A DNA stretch of 64,000 bases from Toensbergia leucococca (Eukaryota), in contig JALDZS010000085.1 of NCBI GenBank assembly GCA_022813965.1, positions 1-64,000 on the forward strand, read 5' to 3'. The notes under the pieces were generated by a model. That model was not told the DNA's origin. It worked only from the letters and a program-made list of their open reading frames with translations, and ran no database searches. Below, piece after piece: positions 62,997 to 64,000 of this stretch. The stretch's first letter is position 1; each line of letters opens with the position of its first letter. Position numbers and translations under genes: made by a program.

Positions 62997-64000
62997 CCTA
63001 TCCCTATTTCGCGGATCAGTGTCGAATCTTGAGTAATGTGCTCCGTACTCTTTCGAGTTGTCGCGGCATTGAAAAAGTCTGGTCGCGTGCTGATTAAGAT
63101 TATGGGGGGTCGGTGAGCAGCAGGGATTGGCATAAGTGGCACAGCTCAAAATGTGTAATCACCAAACCACCCAATCTTACTTACATGTTGGAATACGTCA
63201 CCTTTGGATCTATTACAGACGTAGAGTCAAGAGAGAAGAATGACAAGGCAGGGCAGATGAAGGCAGGAGTCATTCAAATCAATTTTACTCGTTACTGCAA
63301 TGTAACATCATAAGATGGTCATTCTATGGGGGCATGGAATATGTTTCTTTTCCTCAATTCGGCTTTCTCGGGCCACGGGACAGCTTTTCCATACGCATAG
63401 CAATTCGAGGATTAGCATCGAACATGCTTGACACTTGACAGCAATGACTCATAGCATAAATTTCATGGTATCCAATCACATCTATCCTGCCACATGCGAT
63501 ACGCACCTCGCCATTCGCCAACTAGAATAGAATAATTCAAAATCCCGAGCGGCAGAACATTGCTTCCGTCGCCGTCGGACTTCAACCCTCCATTACGAAG
63601 TAACTGAAATCCACTTCACAAACACCCAAGGAGCTTTGGATAGGTATGCACGAATACACCCTGTTAGCCTTGTGAATCGGACCGACGGACGGTAGCTGAC
63701 TGGAGGAAGATATAAACTAAGAATAGTTCAATTGTTGAACTTCTTTGAAAACCACTTTCTTTCTTTAAAGTGCCTACCCTCTCCCATTCCTTGCTCAATC
63801 ATTCTTCATACCTTCCGACCCATCAATCTCGTCTCTCTTGCTGCTATCCGCAATCCTCTCTCATGCTTCCTCACCGCCGCTTTCCTATCCGTTCGCACAC
63901 TTTCAAACACTCGATCCCAAAAGCCAGTATACACGCTAAAATTACTCTTCATGCCCCATCTCTGCTGACGGAAGTCGTAAGACTTCGCCTCGCTTTTAGC

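Overview
Intron-rich eukaryotic DNA from a filamentous ascomycete (GT..AG introns of about 50-130 nt with CTRAC/CTAAY branch points; gene content suggests a Pezizomycotina, possibly lichen-forming, fungus). Two blocks of conserved housekeeping genes flank a ~21 kb accessory-looking island. The left block holds the external NADH dehydrogenase, PP2C Ptc1, CAND1, a mitochondrial acidic protein, PLAC8, F-box/RCC1 Saf1 and DCN1. The right block holds Mvp1, Elg1, Utp8, Mhr1/mL67, Vps38/UVRAG and ceramide synthase. The island holds a GPI cell-wall repeat protein, a secreted Cys-rich protein, a homeobox-C2H2 factor, a Goodbye-NACHT-TPR NLR and a HeLo-like/ankyrin/TM protein. The standout is the DCN1 locus. 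Its second intron is 4493 nt and holds an uninterrupted 1473-codon same-strand ORF that runs in frame through the branch point and acceptor into DCN1 exon 3. This predicts a ~1674-aa isoform in which the UBA domain is replaced by a large repeat- and degron-bearing arm. If intron 2 is retained, the DCN1 UBA frame stops at a TAA overlapping the ATG of that ORF (TAATG stop-restart signature). A ~98-bp near-identical direct repeat also sits upstream of both the NLR and the HeLo-like gene. No rRNA, tRNA, CRISPR or intact transposon was recognised. All gene models were spliced by eye.
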